This document shows positions 1 through 11,108 of a stretch of DNA of 19,852 bases, piece by piece. Position 1 is the first letter of the stretch; each line of letters starts with the position of its first letter. The notes under the pieces are model-generated. The model worked only from the letters and a program-made list of their open reading frames with translations. It searched no databases and was not told the DNA's origin. The DNA is from Octopus sinensis (taxonomy: Eukaryota), in assembly GCF_006345805.1 (NCBI RefSeq), contig NW_021824243.1, forward strand, positions 1 to 19,852, given 5' to 3'. The translations under genes were made by a program, and so were the position numbers.

Positions 1-480
1 CTACCTATCTCTATCGACCTATCTGTCTTGATGGCACCCCTCTCTCTCCCTCCCTTTCTCTCTCCCTCTCTTTCTTTCTCCCTCCCTTTCTCTCTCCCTC
101 TCTTTCTCTCTCCCTCTCTCCCTCTCTCTCTCTCGCTCTCTCCCTCTCTTTCTCTCTCACCATTCTCTCCAGCATCCCTCTCTCTCAATATCTTGCTCTC
201 CTTCTCTAGTTTTATTTCAACCATTTTTTACTCTCTCGACATCTCTTCCCTATCTCTGCTATTTTAATTCATTCTCTCTCTCTTCCTCTCTCTCTCTCTC
301 TGTTTCTTTTATTCTCTCTGCCTTCCTTTCTGTCTCATTTCCTCGCTTTCTTTCTCTTTATTTCTCTCTCTCTCTCTCTCTCCCTCTCTCTCCCATTATC
401 TTTCAGTCATTTCTTTGATTCCTTTCTTCCTTTTCTCACTCTCACCACTTTCCCAAGAGTCTACCATTCCTCCATCTCCT
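1..480. repeat. (CT)n-rich low-complexity microsatellite region
   Basis: Near-continuous CT/TC runs; the 28..267 ORF is an artefact of it. Confidence 0.9.
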
Positions 481-990
481 CTTCATAGTCGCCAAAGTAT
501 GGTGCAGTGAGAGAGACAAAAAAAGCAGACAGACAGAAGGAGAGAGGCCGCCGATGGTCGTCTTCTGGCACCAAGAATGAAACAAATCCTGCTTTCCAGA
601 GTCACCAATCGCTGGTGCTTTGAGAACATCCGTTTCTGTGACCTGCTGCAGTTATTGTTGTATTTTTTCTGTTGTTCTGTTTCCTGCATTCTTCTCAATT
701 GAAAGCTCTAAAGTTATCCTTACTCACCGCCTCACCACTGTGGAGCCTGCACTTTCTACTAAGCACCACCAATTTCATTTCTTTATTCCGGACCGGCAGT
801 AGGTCATAGCCCTACATTAACCCTGTGGTCCCCGGACATCATTACAACTTGCAAGTCCATATAAACACGTCGCAAACACTTGTCTTTTTTAGACAATGTT
901 GTACTCATCATCTGCCTTTTGTGTACTATGAAGAGGATGATGAGACAGGAGTCAACATCCTTTGTACATATTGTGTAACACTAGCCTATA

Positions 991-1414
991 GGCGCCGGAG
1001 TGGCTGTGTGGTAAGTAGCTTGTTTACCAACCACATGGTTCCGGGTTCAGTCCCACTGCGTGGCACCTTGGGCAAGTGTCTTCTACTATAGCCTCGAGCC
1101 GACCAAAGCCTTGTGAGTGGACTTGGTTGACGGGGACTGAAAAGAAGCCCGTCGTATATATGTATACACACACGCATATACATATGTATATGCGTGTGTG
1201 TGTTTGTGTGTCTGTGTTTGTCCCCCTAGCATCGCTTGACAACCGATGCTGGTGTGTTTACATCCCCGTTACTTAGCGGTTCGGCAAAAGAGACCGATAG
1301 AATAAGTACTGGGCTTACAAAAGAATAAGTCCCGGGGTCGAGTTGCTCGATTAAAGGTGGTGCTCCAGCATGGCCGCAGTCAAATGACTGAAACAAGTAA
1401 AAGAGTAAAGAGTA
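991..1414 (+). mobile_element. tRNA-derived SINE, family A, full length
   Basis: A-box TGGCTGTGTGG 1001-1011, B-box-like GGTTCAGTCCC 1044-1054, internal TA/TG microsatellite, tail ...ATGACTGAAACAAGTAAAAGAGTAAAGAGTA. Homologous copies at 4979, 5357, 6680, 14263 and 18556. Confidence 0.9.
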
Positions 1415-1479
1415 TGGATAAACGCCTTGCTAAGTCATATAGGCTCATAGGGCCGGTTTCCTAGTTTTTGTGGTGTATA

Positions 1480-1699
1480 CACGAGGGGATGCTGAAAAGT
1501 TCCTAGCTTTAAGAATATCACAAAAGGCCAGGTTGGAGGCCCAACCTTCTGAGTTCTTTTACAGGGCTTAGAAAAACTGAAGGATCACTGCAATAAGTGT
1601 GTGATTCTGAGAGAGGAATATGTTTAATAGAATCATAATTAACTGATCCTCCCGTAATTTCTTTTACACAAAACCATGAACTTTTCAGCACCCCTCGTG
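1480..1699 (+). mobile_element. Internally deleted mariner (Tc1/mariner) element
   Basis: TIRs CACGAGGGG(A)TGCTGAAAAGTTC at 1480-1502 and 1678-1699, with TA on the left. Interior translates (one frameshift) as LEAQPSEFF/QGLEKLKDHCNKCVILREEYV*, resembling a mariner transposase C-terminus. Confidence 0.8.
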
Positions 1700-1745
1700 T
1701 GTGTGTGTGTGTGTGTGTGTATACATACATATATATATACATAGC

Positions 1746-1793
1746 AAAAACTGTCCGATGAACGGCAACGGGAAACTCAGAGTAACAGGTTTT
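1746..1793 (+). ncRNA. Degenerate type I hammerhead-ribozyme-like motif in a (TA)n-flanked short element (~1746-1893)
   Basis: Stem I CTGT/ACAG (plus AAAA/TTTT), core CCGATGA (U4>C), GAAAC, palindromic stem III ACTC-A-GAGT, cleavage triplet GTA; stem II has a G.G mismatch. Confidence 0.5.
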
Positions 1794-1892
1794 GTTGAAT
1801 TTTCTGCTGCTTTAAATAAAGCATATTACTCTACCACTGGTATTTGAGTACTCTTTTTTCCACCTTGTTTCACATTTATGTGTTTACTCCGG

Positions 1893-1930
<38 letters not shown>

Positions 1931-2162
1931 ATATAATATATATATTTAGTTCAACTTAGTGCCTTTTCCTTCGTATTGTTAGGTTCATTTTGTCCTGTTT
2001 AAAACGGTTGTTCCACTTAAGAACAGCTATACCGAGTTAGTTGCAAGCAAAAACAGTAAAAAAAAAAAGTTGCTTTCAAAATTGTCGTATCTGAAGTCTC
2101 CCCCGTTATGGGGCAGACGTAGAATGCATGTAACAAGGTTCTCCACTAACTTGTGTGTGTGA

Positions 2163-2750
2163 AACTCTAAATACCCTAACCCTAAAACCCTAAAGCTAAA
2201 ACTAGTACAAACGCACGAACGATGTCATAAATAACAGTGACAAACGAAATATTCACCGCCGGAAATTCTTGTTGACAAACAACGGCAGTAATTTTATTCA
2301 GCTGAATGCACGTCATTGATTGGTTGAAATTACCGAAATACGACAACTTTAACACGGGATAACTTCGTAAATAGAAACTTTTCTCAAAAACGCTAAGAAT
2401 AAAAGATGCTGGATCTTTTCGGTTTGAACGGCAGTTTTTTAAAATAATTTCCACGTAACTAAACACTTTTAAACTTCGTATTCTGGTAGAATGTGTTTAT
2501 AAAACATCTTTTTCTCTTGGGTTTATTGAGAAACTTCTATAGTTTGTAAGATATTTGTTGTTGTTTTTCTTCAATTTCTGCAATTTCAACCAATCAATGA
2601 CGTCTATTGAGGTGAAAACATTCTGTGCCGTATGAATATGTCCCTCGTTTAAGAAACAGATTGGGTCTATTTACATTTCTGTCCGAAGTTTGAAAGTGTT
2701 TAGTTACAAAAAATTAATTTCTCGATCTGCGTTCAAAGGGAAAAGATCCC
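2163..2750 (+). mobile_element. Non-autonomous DNA-transposon-like element with TAACCC-like repeats, copy 1 (family unassigned)
   Basis: Colinear homology with 14596-15051 from CCCTAAAGCTAAAA to GGAAAAGATCC, interrupted by the inverted segment 2411-2677. Confidence 0.65.
2411..2677 (-). mobile_element. Inverted segment of a related subfamily nested in the TAACCC element
   Basis: Reverse complement shares GACGTCATTGATTGGTTGAAATT, AAAAGATGTTTTA..ACACATTCTACCAG, AAGTGTTTAGTTAC and the terminus GAAAAGATCC with the host element. Confidence 0.6.
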
Positions 2751-2944
2751 TAAATAGAATTTGAGTGAAAAATAAAACATTGATTCATTTGATAATGAAG
2801 TCGTAGATGCAATATTCCAGAAAACAAATACTGGTGAGGTGATCTTCGCTGATTTGTGTTTGATAACAGGTTTGGTCGATTGTGTTGACCAGGGGCTAAA
2901 CTCTAGGCACCTCTAGACATGTTGGACTCTCTCCGCTGTCTGGT

Positions 2945-3270
2945 TTATTGTTGTTGCTATTGTTGCTGATGATGATGATGATGATGATGATATATGAAGG
3001 TGCAGTGTAGTACTCTGGACATGTACTCTAGTTGGTGGCAAGGGGTTCGTACTTATGACTAGAATTTGTAATATTAGTAGAAGTGGTGGTACTGATGGAA
3101 GTAGTAGCGGTGTCATACATGTTGCTGACAGTGGTTGTGGTTGTGGTGGTGGTAGTGGTCGTCGTCGTCGTAGCTGTGGCCGTGGTGATGATGGTGGTGG
3201 TGGTGGTGGTGGTGGTGGTAGTATTGGTGGTAGTGGTGGCCATGGTGGTGGTAGTGGCGGCGGCGGCGGC
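2945..3270. repeat. Mixed GAT/GGT/GTT/GGC trinucleotide low-complexity tract
   Basis: Direct reading; source of the poly-P/G/V/T ORFs. Confidence 0.85.
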
Positions 3271-3409
3271 ATCGTTAAAACAACAGTAGATGCAATTTAT
3301 TCCTTCATCTCGTCACGCTTCAGTTCCTTTCATTAGTTATATTTTCCACTGTTTAAACTGATTTATCTGATAAGTCATTACAATCTAACCAACCGCGAAA
3401 TATACGATT

Positions 3410-4700
<1,291 letters not shown>

Positions 4701-4978
4701 TCGAATGTCCCCTCTGACTTAGGGATCTGCCCAGTACATTCGTTTGATCGCTGCAATATCGATCCGGATTTTCTTATAAAAATATTGGGTTTACGTTTTT
4801 ACAGCTTCTTATTGGCTGACTGCGTTGCTATTAGGGGCTCCAGAGATCGTGGAAATGATAAAGGGATAAAGTAACGTGATGTGACATTCATGCCTTTCTC
4901 GTAATTATCAGAGGTGCCTCTGAAAGATCTTCAGATGAGGGACTGAAAACAAATCCCAACTTATCAGGTGTATAATAT

Positions 4979-5148
4979 GTGTAGGAGTGGTTGTGTGGTA
5001 AGTAGCTTGCTTACGAACCACATGGTACCGGGTTCAGTCCCACTGTGAGGCACCTTGGGCAAGTGTCTTCTAATATAGCCTCGGGCTATATAAGAAGACA
5101 CCAGTGGATTTGGTTGACGGAAACTGAAAGAAGCCCGTCGTATATATG
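4979..5148 (+). mobile_element. SINE family A, 5' half only
   Basis: GGAGTGGTTGTGTGGTAAGTAGC...GAAAGAAGCCCGTCGTATATATG aligns to 991-1160; carries a 16-nt replacement at 5087-5102. Confidence 0.9.
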
Positions 5149-5356
5149 CCTGATGACCTTCCAACAAATCTTACTGGATTTGATCCTCGATATTTCAGTT
5201 TAGATTCTCTGCACACAAGCCGAAGTGGACATAAAAACTAGATGGATTTTGGTGTTCCGAGGGTCCCGTTGTCACCATCTTCGGTTTTTTCTTTTGATAA
5301 CAATAAAATGCTTTTGGCCCTTCCAAAAACATATTTGGTATGAAATCAAATGGAAA

Positions 5357-5761
5357 AGGGGCTGTGTGGGTAGAAGCTTGCTTTTCAACTACATGGCTCT
5401 GGGTTCAGCCCCACTGCGTGACACCTTAGGCTAGTGTCTTTTATTATAGCCTCGAGCTGACCAAAGCCTTGTGAGTGGATTTGGTAGACGGAAACTGAAA
5501 GAAGCTCGTCGTTTATATGTATGTCTTTGTATGTTTATGTATGTGTTTGTGTGTCTGTAGTTTTATGCGTGTGTTTGTGACTGTTTGTCCCCATCACTAC
5601 TTGTCAACCGGCGTTAAAGTTTTTACGTCCCTGTAACTTAACAGATCGGCCTAAGAGACCGATAAAATAAGTATCAAGCTTAACAAAAAATAAGTATTGG
5701 GGTCGATTCATTCGACTTTAAAAAATTGTTGATGGCCGCAGTCTAATGACTGAAACAAGTA
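5357..5761 (+). mobile_element. SINE family A, diverged near-full-length copy
   Basis: Colinear with 991-1414, ending ATGACTGAAACAAGTA. Confidence 0.85.
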
Positions 5762-5975
5762 GTGTATCTTTGTTAGAAACCAGCTCCTTCTTCAGATGAA
5801 GAAGGAGAAACTGACCTGCTAATTCGTACATTACAAGTCCAATCTGTAAGTGGAACTGTAAAAATATGCAAGACTTTTCTCAAGTTCCAAATGTCTGTAT
5901 TTGTCTGTATTAGCTACATCCCAAAGCCGGAGCCTTGTATCTTTGTTGGAAACCGGCGCTCTCCTCAGTGGAAGA
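5762..5975 (+). mobile_element. 214-bp Dong/R4-type LINE 3'-end unit, copy 1
   Basis: Encodes ETDLLIRTLQVQSVSGTVKICKTFLKF, similar to the C-terminal helix of RLE LINEs and to 11109-11284; 205/214 identical to 10857-11070. Confidence 0.7.
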
Positions 5976-6470
5976 CATCGCATTTTAAACAAACTACATT
6001 AATTTCAAAGAGTGATCCAATAATCGCCACTGTTGAAGTAGGATGGTCAAATCAGATATGGGGGCGTGCATTCACCATTGTTTCCGTGTATTTGTTGGTC
6101 CTCTCGAGCGACCCGTTGAGCAGAATCCAGTCGGGTCCCATTTCTGCGAAATATCTTCTCATCAGCCCTGAGTATGTCGGATGTAGTCGGCCAACACGAG
6201 CCGTCAACCTAGCCGGACACTCAGGGAAGTGAACACGTATAATGGCGAGGGTGGCGTCGGAAATCAAATGACACATGATGAAGTGGAATGGTGACAAACA
6301 AAAATTCTAATTAAATCAAAATTAAGAGTGGAAATGAGAAAATATGGGCCACAAAGAGAGGAATGCAACCTGGGAGTGTGAGAATTACTGTTAAATGTCT
6401 ATGGAATTATTTAAATTAAATGCCTTTCTCGCGATTCATGTTCTGGGCTACGACAAACATTAGATAAGAA

Positions 6471-6501
6471 CTGATGATCGCTGTAACGTGAAACTCGAGT
6501 C
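6471..6501 (+). ncRNA. Minimal hammerhead-like motif lacking stem I
   Basis: CTGATGA-TCG-CTGTAA-CGT-GAAAC-TCGA-GTC; perfectly palindromic stem III ACTCGAGT; weak stem II; flanks do not form stem I. Confidence 0.4.
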
Positions 6502-6574
6502 CGTACCAACACATGCATACTCGCGCGCGCGTGCACACACGCGTGCGCACAACTTTTAGTAAAAAGTTTCAGTT

Positions 6575-6610
<36 letters not shown>

Positions 6611-6679
6611 GGTGCATGTGTGTATTTTTTAAGCAATATATATGAAGGTATTTATGCATGCATATATCTATGTACATCT

Positions 6680-6851
6680 GGATGCAGGAGTTGCTGTGTG
6701 GTAAGTAGCTTGCTTACCAACCACATGGTTCCGGGTTCAGTCCCACTGCGTGGAACCTTGGGCAACTGTTTTCTACCATAGCCTCGGGCCAACCAAATCC
6801 TTGTGAGTGGATTTGGTAGACAGAAACTGAAAGAAGCCCGTCGTATATATG

Positions 6852-6909
<58 letters not shown>

Positions 6910-7122
6910 CGTGTATGTTTGTGTGTCTGTGTTTGTCCCCCCACCATTGCTTGACAACCGATACTGGTGTGTTTATGTCCCCGTCACCTAGCGGTTCGGC
7001 AAAAGAGACCGATAGAATAAGTACTGGGCTTACAAAGAATAAGTCCCGGGGTCGAGTTGCTCGACTAAAGGCGGTGCTCCAGCATGGTCGCAGTCAAATG
7101 ACTGAAACAAGTAAAAGAGTAA
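6680..7122 (+). mobile_element. SINE family A, full length
   Basis: High colinearity with 991-1414, including the tail AAGTAAAAGAGTAAA; expanded internal (TG)n. Confidence 0.92.
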
Positions 7123-7258
7123 ATATATATATATATGTATACATAGGTACTATGTGTGTATGCATACGTGTATGTCATGTATGTATACTCACGCATATAT
7201 ACTTACATAAATGTATGTGTATATATAAATATATATATACGTGTGTATATACATATAC

Positions 7259-7290
<32 letters not shown>

Positions 7291-7809
7291 ATGCATGTAT
7301 GATTGTGCGTATGTATGCACCTCTGTATGTATGTATGCATGTATATATGTATGTGTGTGTATGCACGTATATACATATATACGCATGCATGTCGCAGGAG
7401 TATATTTATATATCATACTCAATTGTGTTTACACAAACCTTCGGTCCCTTTTGGAGTCGATTATGCCGTGAGACCTTTGACATCAATAAAGGCGTGACAC
7501 AATCTTGAGAAATATTTGACAATTCCCAGAAGACAGTTCCAGAAGACGAGGGAGCAGAGATGGCCTGAGATGACGTTTCAGTTTTCGCGGATTTCTATGG
7601 GGAAGTGAGAGTTACAATGAGAGGGAGAGAGAGAGAGAAGGAGCGAAAGAAAGAAAGGAGAGAGAAACTAGGGGATGTGGGGACGGATTGCGCTTGTGAG
7701 CATACAGAATTGTGTATGTATGTATATATGTATGTATGCATGTTTGTATTTTTGTATTTTCATATATGTGTGTGTGTGTGTATAAATACATGTTATGTAT
7801 ACTTATGTT

Positions 7810-7858
<49 letters not shown>

Positions 7859-8295
7859 TATATATACATATACATATATATACATATATACATATATATA
7901 CATATATATATACATATATATGTATATATATATACATACATACATATATATATACATAGATATACATATATATATATATACATAGATATACATACATATA
8001 TATATATATATTATATATATATATAATATATATATATATATTATATTATATATATATATAATATATATATATTATATATATGTATATGTATGTATGTATA
8101 TATGTATGTATGTAGGTATGTATATAATAGTGACAGGGTGTGTCTCAGAGAGAGGGCCAGATATTTGGCAGCGTTTATAATTTGGTTCACACCGAACATT
8201 CACTTACTGAGAGTGAACTGAGGCATAGAATTGAACTGATACATACATAAATACATACATACATACATACATGCATGCATACATACATACATACA

Positions 8296-8328
<33 letters not shown>

Positions 8329-8397
8329 GTATATATGTGTGTGTGTATTCAAATATACACATTCATGTATATACATATATAAACATATATATCCATT

Positions 8398-8429
<32 letters not shown>

Positions 8430-8660
8430 GAGAGAGAGAGAGAGAAAGAGAAGAAGAAGAAGAAGAAGAAGAAGAAGAAAAGAAGGAGACGATGGAGGAG
8501 GAGGAGGAGAAGAAGAAGAAGAAGAAGAAGAAGAAAAGAAGAAGACGAAGAAGAAGAAAAGAAGAAGAAGAAGAAGAAGGTTACATATGCACATATACAT
8601 ACACACTTACACAAACATACATTCATACGCACGCACACATACCCACATATAGACTTGGAA
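7123..8660. repeat. Compound microsatellite field: (TA)n, (TATG/TACA)n, (TG)n, (GA)n, (GAA)n, with short unique islands
   Basis: Direct reading; unique islands at ~7430-7620 and ~8125-8240. Confidence 0.9.
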
Positions 8661-8819
8661 TCCTTATGAAACTTTACCAATAGAAAAGATTGTCTGATTT
8701 AACCCATTGTTCCGAATTACCTGTAGCAAATGATTACGTTTGTTTTCACTTGTAGTTATAAAATTACAAAATCTTACTAGATAAAACATAAATATACATC
8801 TTGTAAAAATAATCCCTGC

Positions 8820-8975
8820 ATCCCACAGGATTTTGTTATCTTCATTCTCGGTATCTCCTTCCGAGGTTTGCTCATTCCACGTTTTTGCTCTTTCTGGGCC
8901 ATGATTTTCACAGAGCTCCCAATGGATTATCCTTGCAACACTGTCATGTCGTCTTCTATAATCGCATTGTGCCAA
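8820..8975 (-). mobile_element. Fragment of a Dong/R4-clade (RLE) non-LTR retrotransposon ORF
   Basis: LAQCDYRRRHDSVARIIHWELCENHG...ENEDNKILWD matches the RHD..A..IHW and ENE..KILWD motifs that precede the restriction-like endonuclease. Confidence 0.85.
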
Positions 8976-9021
8976 TCATCATCATCATCATCATCATAGT
9001 CATCATTATTTTTTTTTTTCT

Positions 9022-9729
9022 TCCTATATTTCAAGAGATGAGGAATTATGTACATTGTTTACATTTGACGGATATTTCTGCTCATCTTGTTTGTTGTTAA
9101 CCCTCCACCCTTCATCAGGTGTCTTGGGGAAATTTTGAACCTGGGTTCTCATTCCTAAGTTATTTTTCGATGCTAATAATTATTGAGGTTACTGCCTGGA
9201 ATCGAACTCAGAATCAGTAGCCGGCGCTTTAAACCACTACACCATATGCCCGTGGGCAATTATGGGGTGAATTTTGGGGCTTATAAATCTTATTTTTTTC
9301 TATTCTTCCTTAATACCTATTTCTTTACTACCCACAAGGGGCTAAACACAGAGGGGACAAAGAAAGACAGACAAACGGATTAAGTCGATTACATCACATC
9401 GATCCCAGTGCGTAACTGGTGCTTATTTAATCGACCCCGAAAGGATGAAAGGCAAAGTCAACCTCAGCGGAATTTGAACTCAGAACGTAGCGGCAGACGA
9501 AATACCGCAAAGCATTTCGCCCGGCGTGCTAACGTTTCTGCCTGCTCGCCGACCTTAATACCGGTTCCCATATGCTACTCATATCTGCACTCGGTCTGCT
9601 TACGAGGTTATTATGTCCTAGCATATGTGCTGCTTCTTTTAGTATTTTCCAATGGTGTTCTCTATCTATTATTTTAACTTCATCTAACAGGTGGAGGTGG
9701 TCTCCATTTTTCCATACATGATCAGAGGC
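9022..9729 (-). mobile_element. Penelope-like element 3' part: GIY-YIG-region C-terminus plus 3'UTR, split by a SINE
   Basis: SDHVWKNGDHLHLLDEVKIIDREHHWKILKEAAHMLGHNNL is Penelope endonuclease-like. Removing the SINE and one TSD restores ...IWEPVLR-KNRKK* (stop 9290-9292). The 3'UTR holds a tRNA-like block and CTGATGAAGG. Confidence 0.8.
9318..9552 (-). mobile_element. SINE family B, full length, 10-bp TSD
   Basis: Reverse complement of the 18172-18387 family; TSD CCTTAATACC at 9308-9317 and 9553-9562. Confidence 0.92.
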
Positions 9730-10196
9730 TGTAGCGAAAGGGATAATATGGCGGACTCGTTTGAAAGGGCTTAAGTCAGACACTTTCTTCTTTGGCCGAG
9801 CCCACATCAACTTCTTCAAGTTTCACTTGAAGGGGAAAGTGAGGGTGGAGAGGAAAGTGTTGTCTTCTAGCAAATTTACTGAAAGGTGAGTGAATGTTGG
9901 AAGAATGGCCAATGTGAAAGGACCAATTCTGAGTATACACCTGTAAAAATAAAAGGAGAAGGGTTCTTGCCCTGTTGATCAGGCACACGTAGCTTTTGTA
10001 ATTTTTCCACGAGGACCTTTAAAGCGCCTCTCCTACGTTGTTTAATATTTATTGTTTTTTATTGTTTACACGAGGGAAACCCATTGTATCATCTGGTTTT
10101 TGTCTTTTACTGTTATTGTATATCCTTTATGTTTATTTATATTAGCCTTTGTGGTTAGTAAGGAGAGACACACAAAAAAAAGAAAGAAAAAAAGCA
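9722..10196 (+). mobile_element. 5'-truncated LINE 3' end, probably Tx1/L1 clade
   Basis: Frame 9722-9946 reads SEAVAKGIIWRTRLKGLKSDTFFFGRAHINFFKFHLKGKVRVERKVLSSSKFTER*VNVGRMANVKGPILSIHL* (TGA at a likely Trp), followed by a T-rich UTR and an A-rich tail ~10174-10194. Clade assignment is from recalled motif similarity only. Confidence 0.55.
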
Positions 10197-10198
10197 AA

Positions 10199-10243
10199 GG
10201 ACCACTGATGCGGTCACAGGAGTGTGACGAAAGAACTCTGGCC
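10199..10243 (+). ncRNA. Type I hammerhead-like motif with variant core CTGATGC
   Basis: Stem I CCA/TGG, CTGATGC-G, stem II GTCAC/GTGAC, GAAA, stem III AG-AA-CT, triplet CTC. Confidence 0.5.
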
Positions 10244-10496
10244 GAAATAAGATTAAGAATAATGTAAAAAATAAATAACGCTGAAGCAAAGTAACACCAA
10301 ATATATAGTGCGTGTGTTTTTATTGGCTAAACTGGCAAAATGACCATTACTAAATACAACAATATCTGTTTCAACACACGATTTCACATCAAAAATCTTG
10401 CACAACAAATATATAAACGTAAAAAATTATTTTTATTATCATCATCATCATCATCATCATCATCATTATCATTATTATTATCATCATTATTATTAA

Positions 10497-10718
10497 GGCG
10501 GCGAGCTGGCAGAACCATTAGTACAGCGGGAAAAAATGTTTAGTGGCATTTCTTCCGACTTTATTTTCTGAGTTCAAATGCCACCGGAGTCGACTTTGCG
10601 TTTCATCCTTTCAGGGTCGATAAAATAAGTAACAGCTGAACATTGGGGTTGACGTAATCGACTTATCCCATTCCCGGAAATTGCTGGCATTGTGCCAAAG
10701 TTTGAAATCAATATTATT
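10497..10718 (+). mobile_element. SINE family B head/body with an alternative 3' tail
   Basis: GGCGGCGAGCTGGCAGAA...CTTTCAGGGTCGATAAAATAAGT shared with family B; tail TTGCTGGCATTGTGCCAAAGTTTGAAATCAATATTATT differs. Confidence 0.85.
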
Positions 10719-10724
10719 TGATAC

Positions 10725-10856
10725 AGGACGGCGTGATGGCAGAATCATTAGAACGCCTGACATTTTGTCCGCCTTCCCGTTCTGAGTTCAAATTCTGTTG
10801 AGGTCAACTTTGCTGCTAATCCTTTCGGAGTCGATAAAATAGGCACCAATCAAGTA
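10725..10856 (+). mobile_element. SINE family B, older partial copy
   Basis: TTCTGAGTTCAAATTC..GAGGTCAACTTTGC..CCTTTCGGAGTCGATAAAAT; truncated at CAAGTA. Confidence 0.75.
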
Positions 10857-11070
10857 GTGTATCTTTGTTAGAAACCAGTTCCTTCTTCAGATGAAGAAAG
10901 AGAAATTGACCTGCTGATTCGTACATTACAAGTCCAATCTCTAAGTGGAACTGTAAAAATATGCAAGACTTTTCTCAAGTTCCAAATGTTTGTATTTGTC
11001 TGTATTAGCTACATCCCAAAGCTGGAGCCTTGTATCTTTGTTGGAAACCGGCTCCCTCCTCAGTGGAAGA
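10857..11070 (+). mobile_element. 214-bp Dong/R4-type LINE 3'-end unit, copy 2
   Basis: Nine substitutions versus 5762-5975, same length and same ends; followed by a TAA-rich tail. Confidence 0.7.
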
Positions 11071-11108
11071 TTTATAATAATTAAAAAAATAGAAGAGACA
11101 CACATACA

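Noticed and set aside
728-778. Possible minus-strand first exon MKLVVLSRKCRLHSGEA ending at GTGAGT (727-722)
   Set aside because: One good donor only; peptide unrecognised; the partner exon would lie outside the window. RNA-seq would decide.
4905-4970. Adjacent palindromes CAGAGG-TG-CCTCTG and TCTGAAAGATCTTCAGA with a weak HHR-like CAGATGA-GGGA..TCCC
   Set aside because: Core mutated and GAAA absent; short palindromes of this size can arise by chance.
5150-5156. Isolated CTGATGA (likewise at ~2966 and ~14236)
   Set aside because: No stem II, GAAA or helix partners nearby.
6133-6170. Minus-strand CTGATGA...GAAA hammerhead
   Set aside because: Three extra bases between stem II and GAAA and no NUH in register.
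6411-8683. Many (YI)n, (CV)n, (HT)n and poly-K/E ORFs
   Set aside because: Di-, tri- and tetranucleotide microsatellites and SINE interiors.
9691-9885. 195-bp plus-strand exon-like interval with strong AG and AAG|GTGAGT sites
   Set aside because: Stops in all three frames; the sequence is explained by antisense Penelope plus a sense LINE C-terminus.
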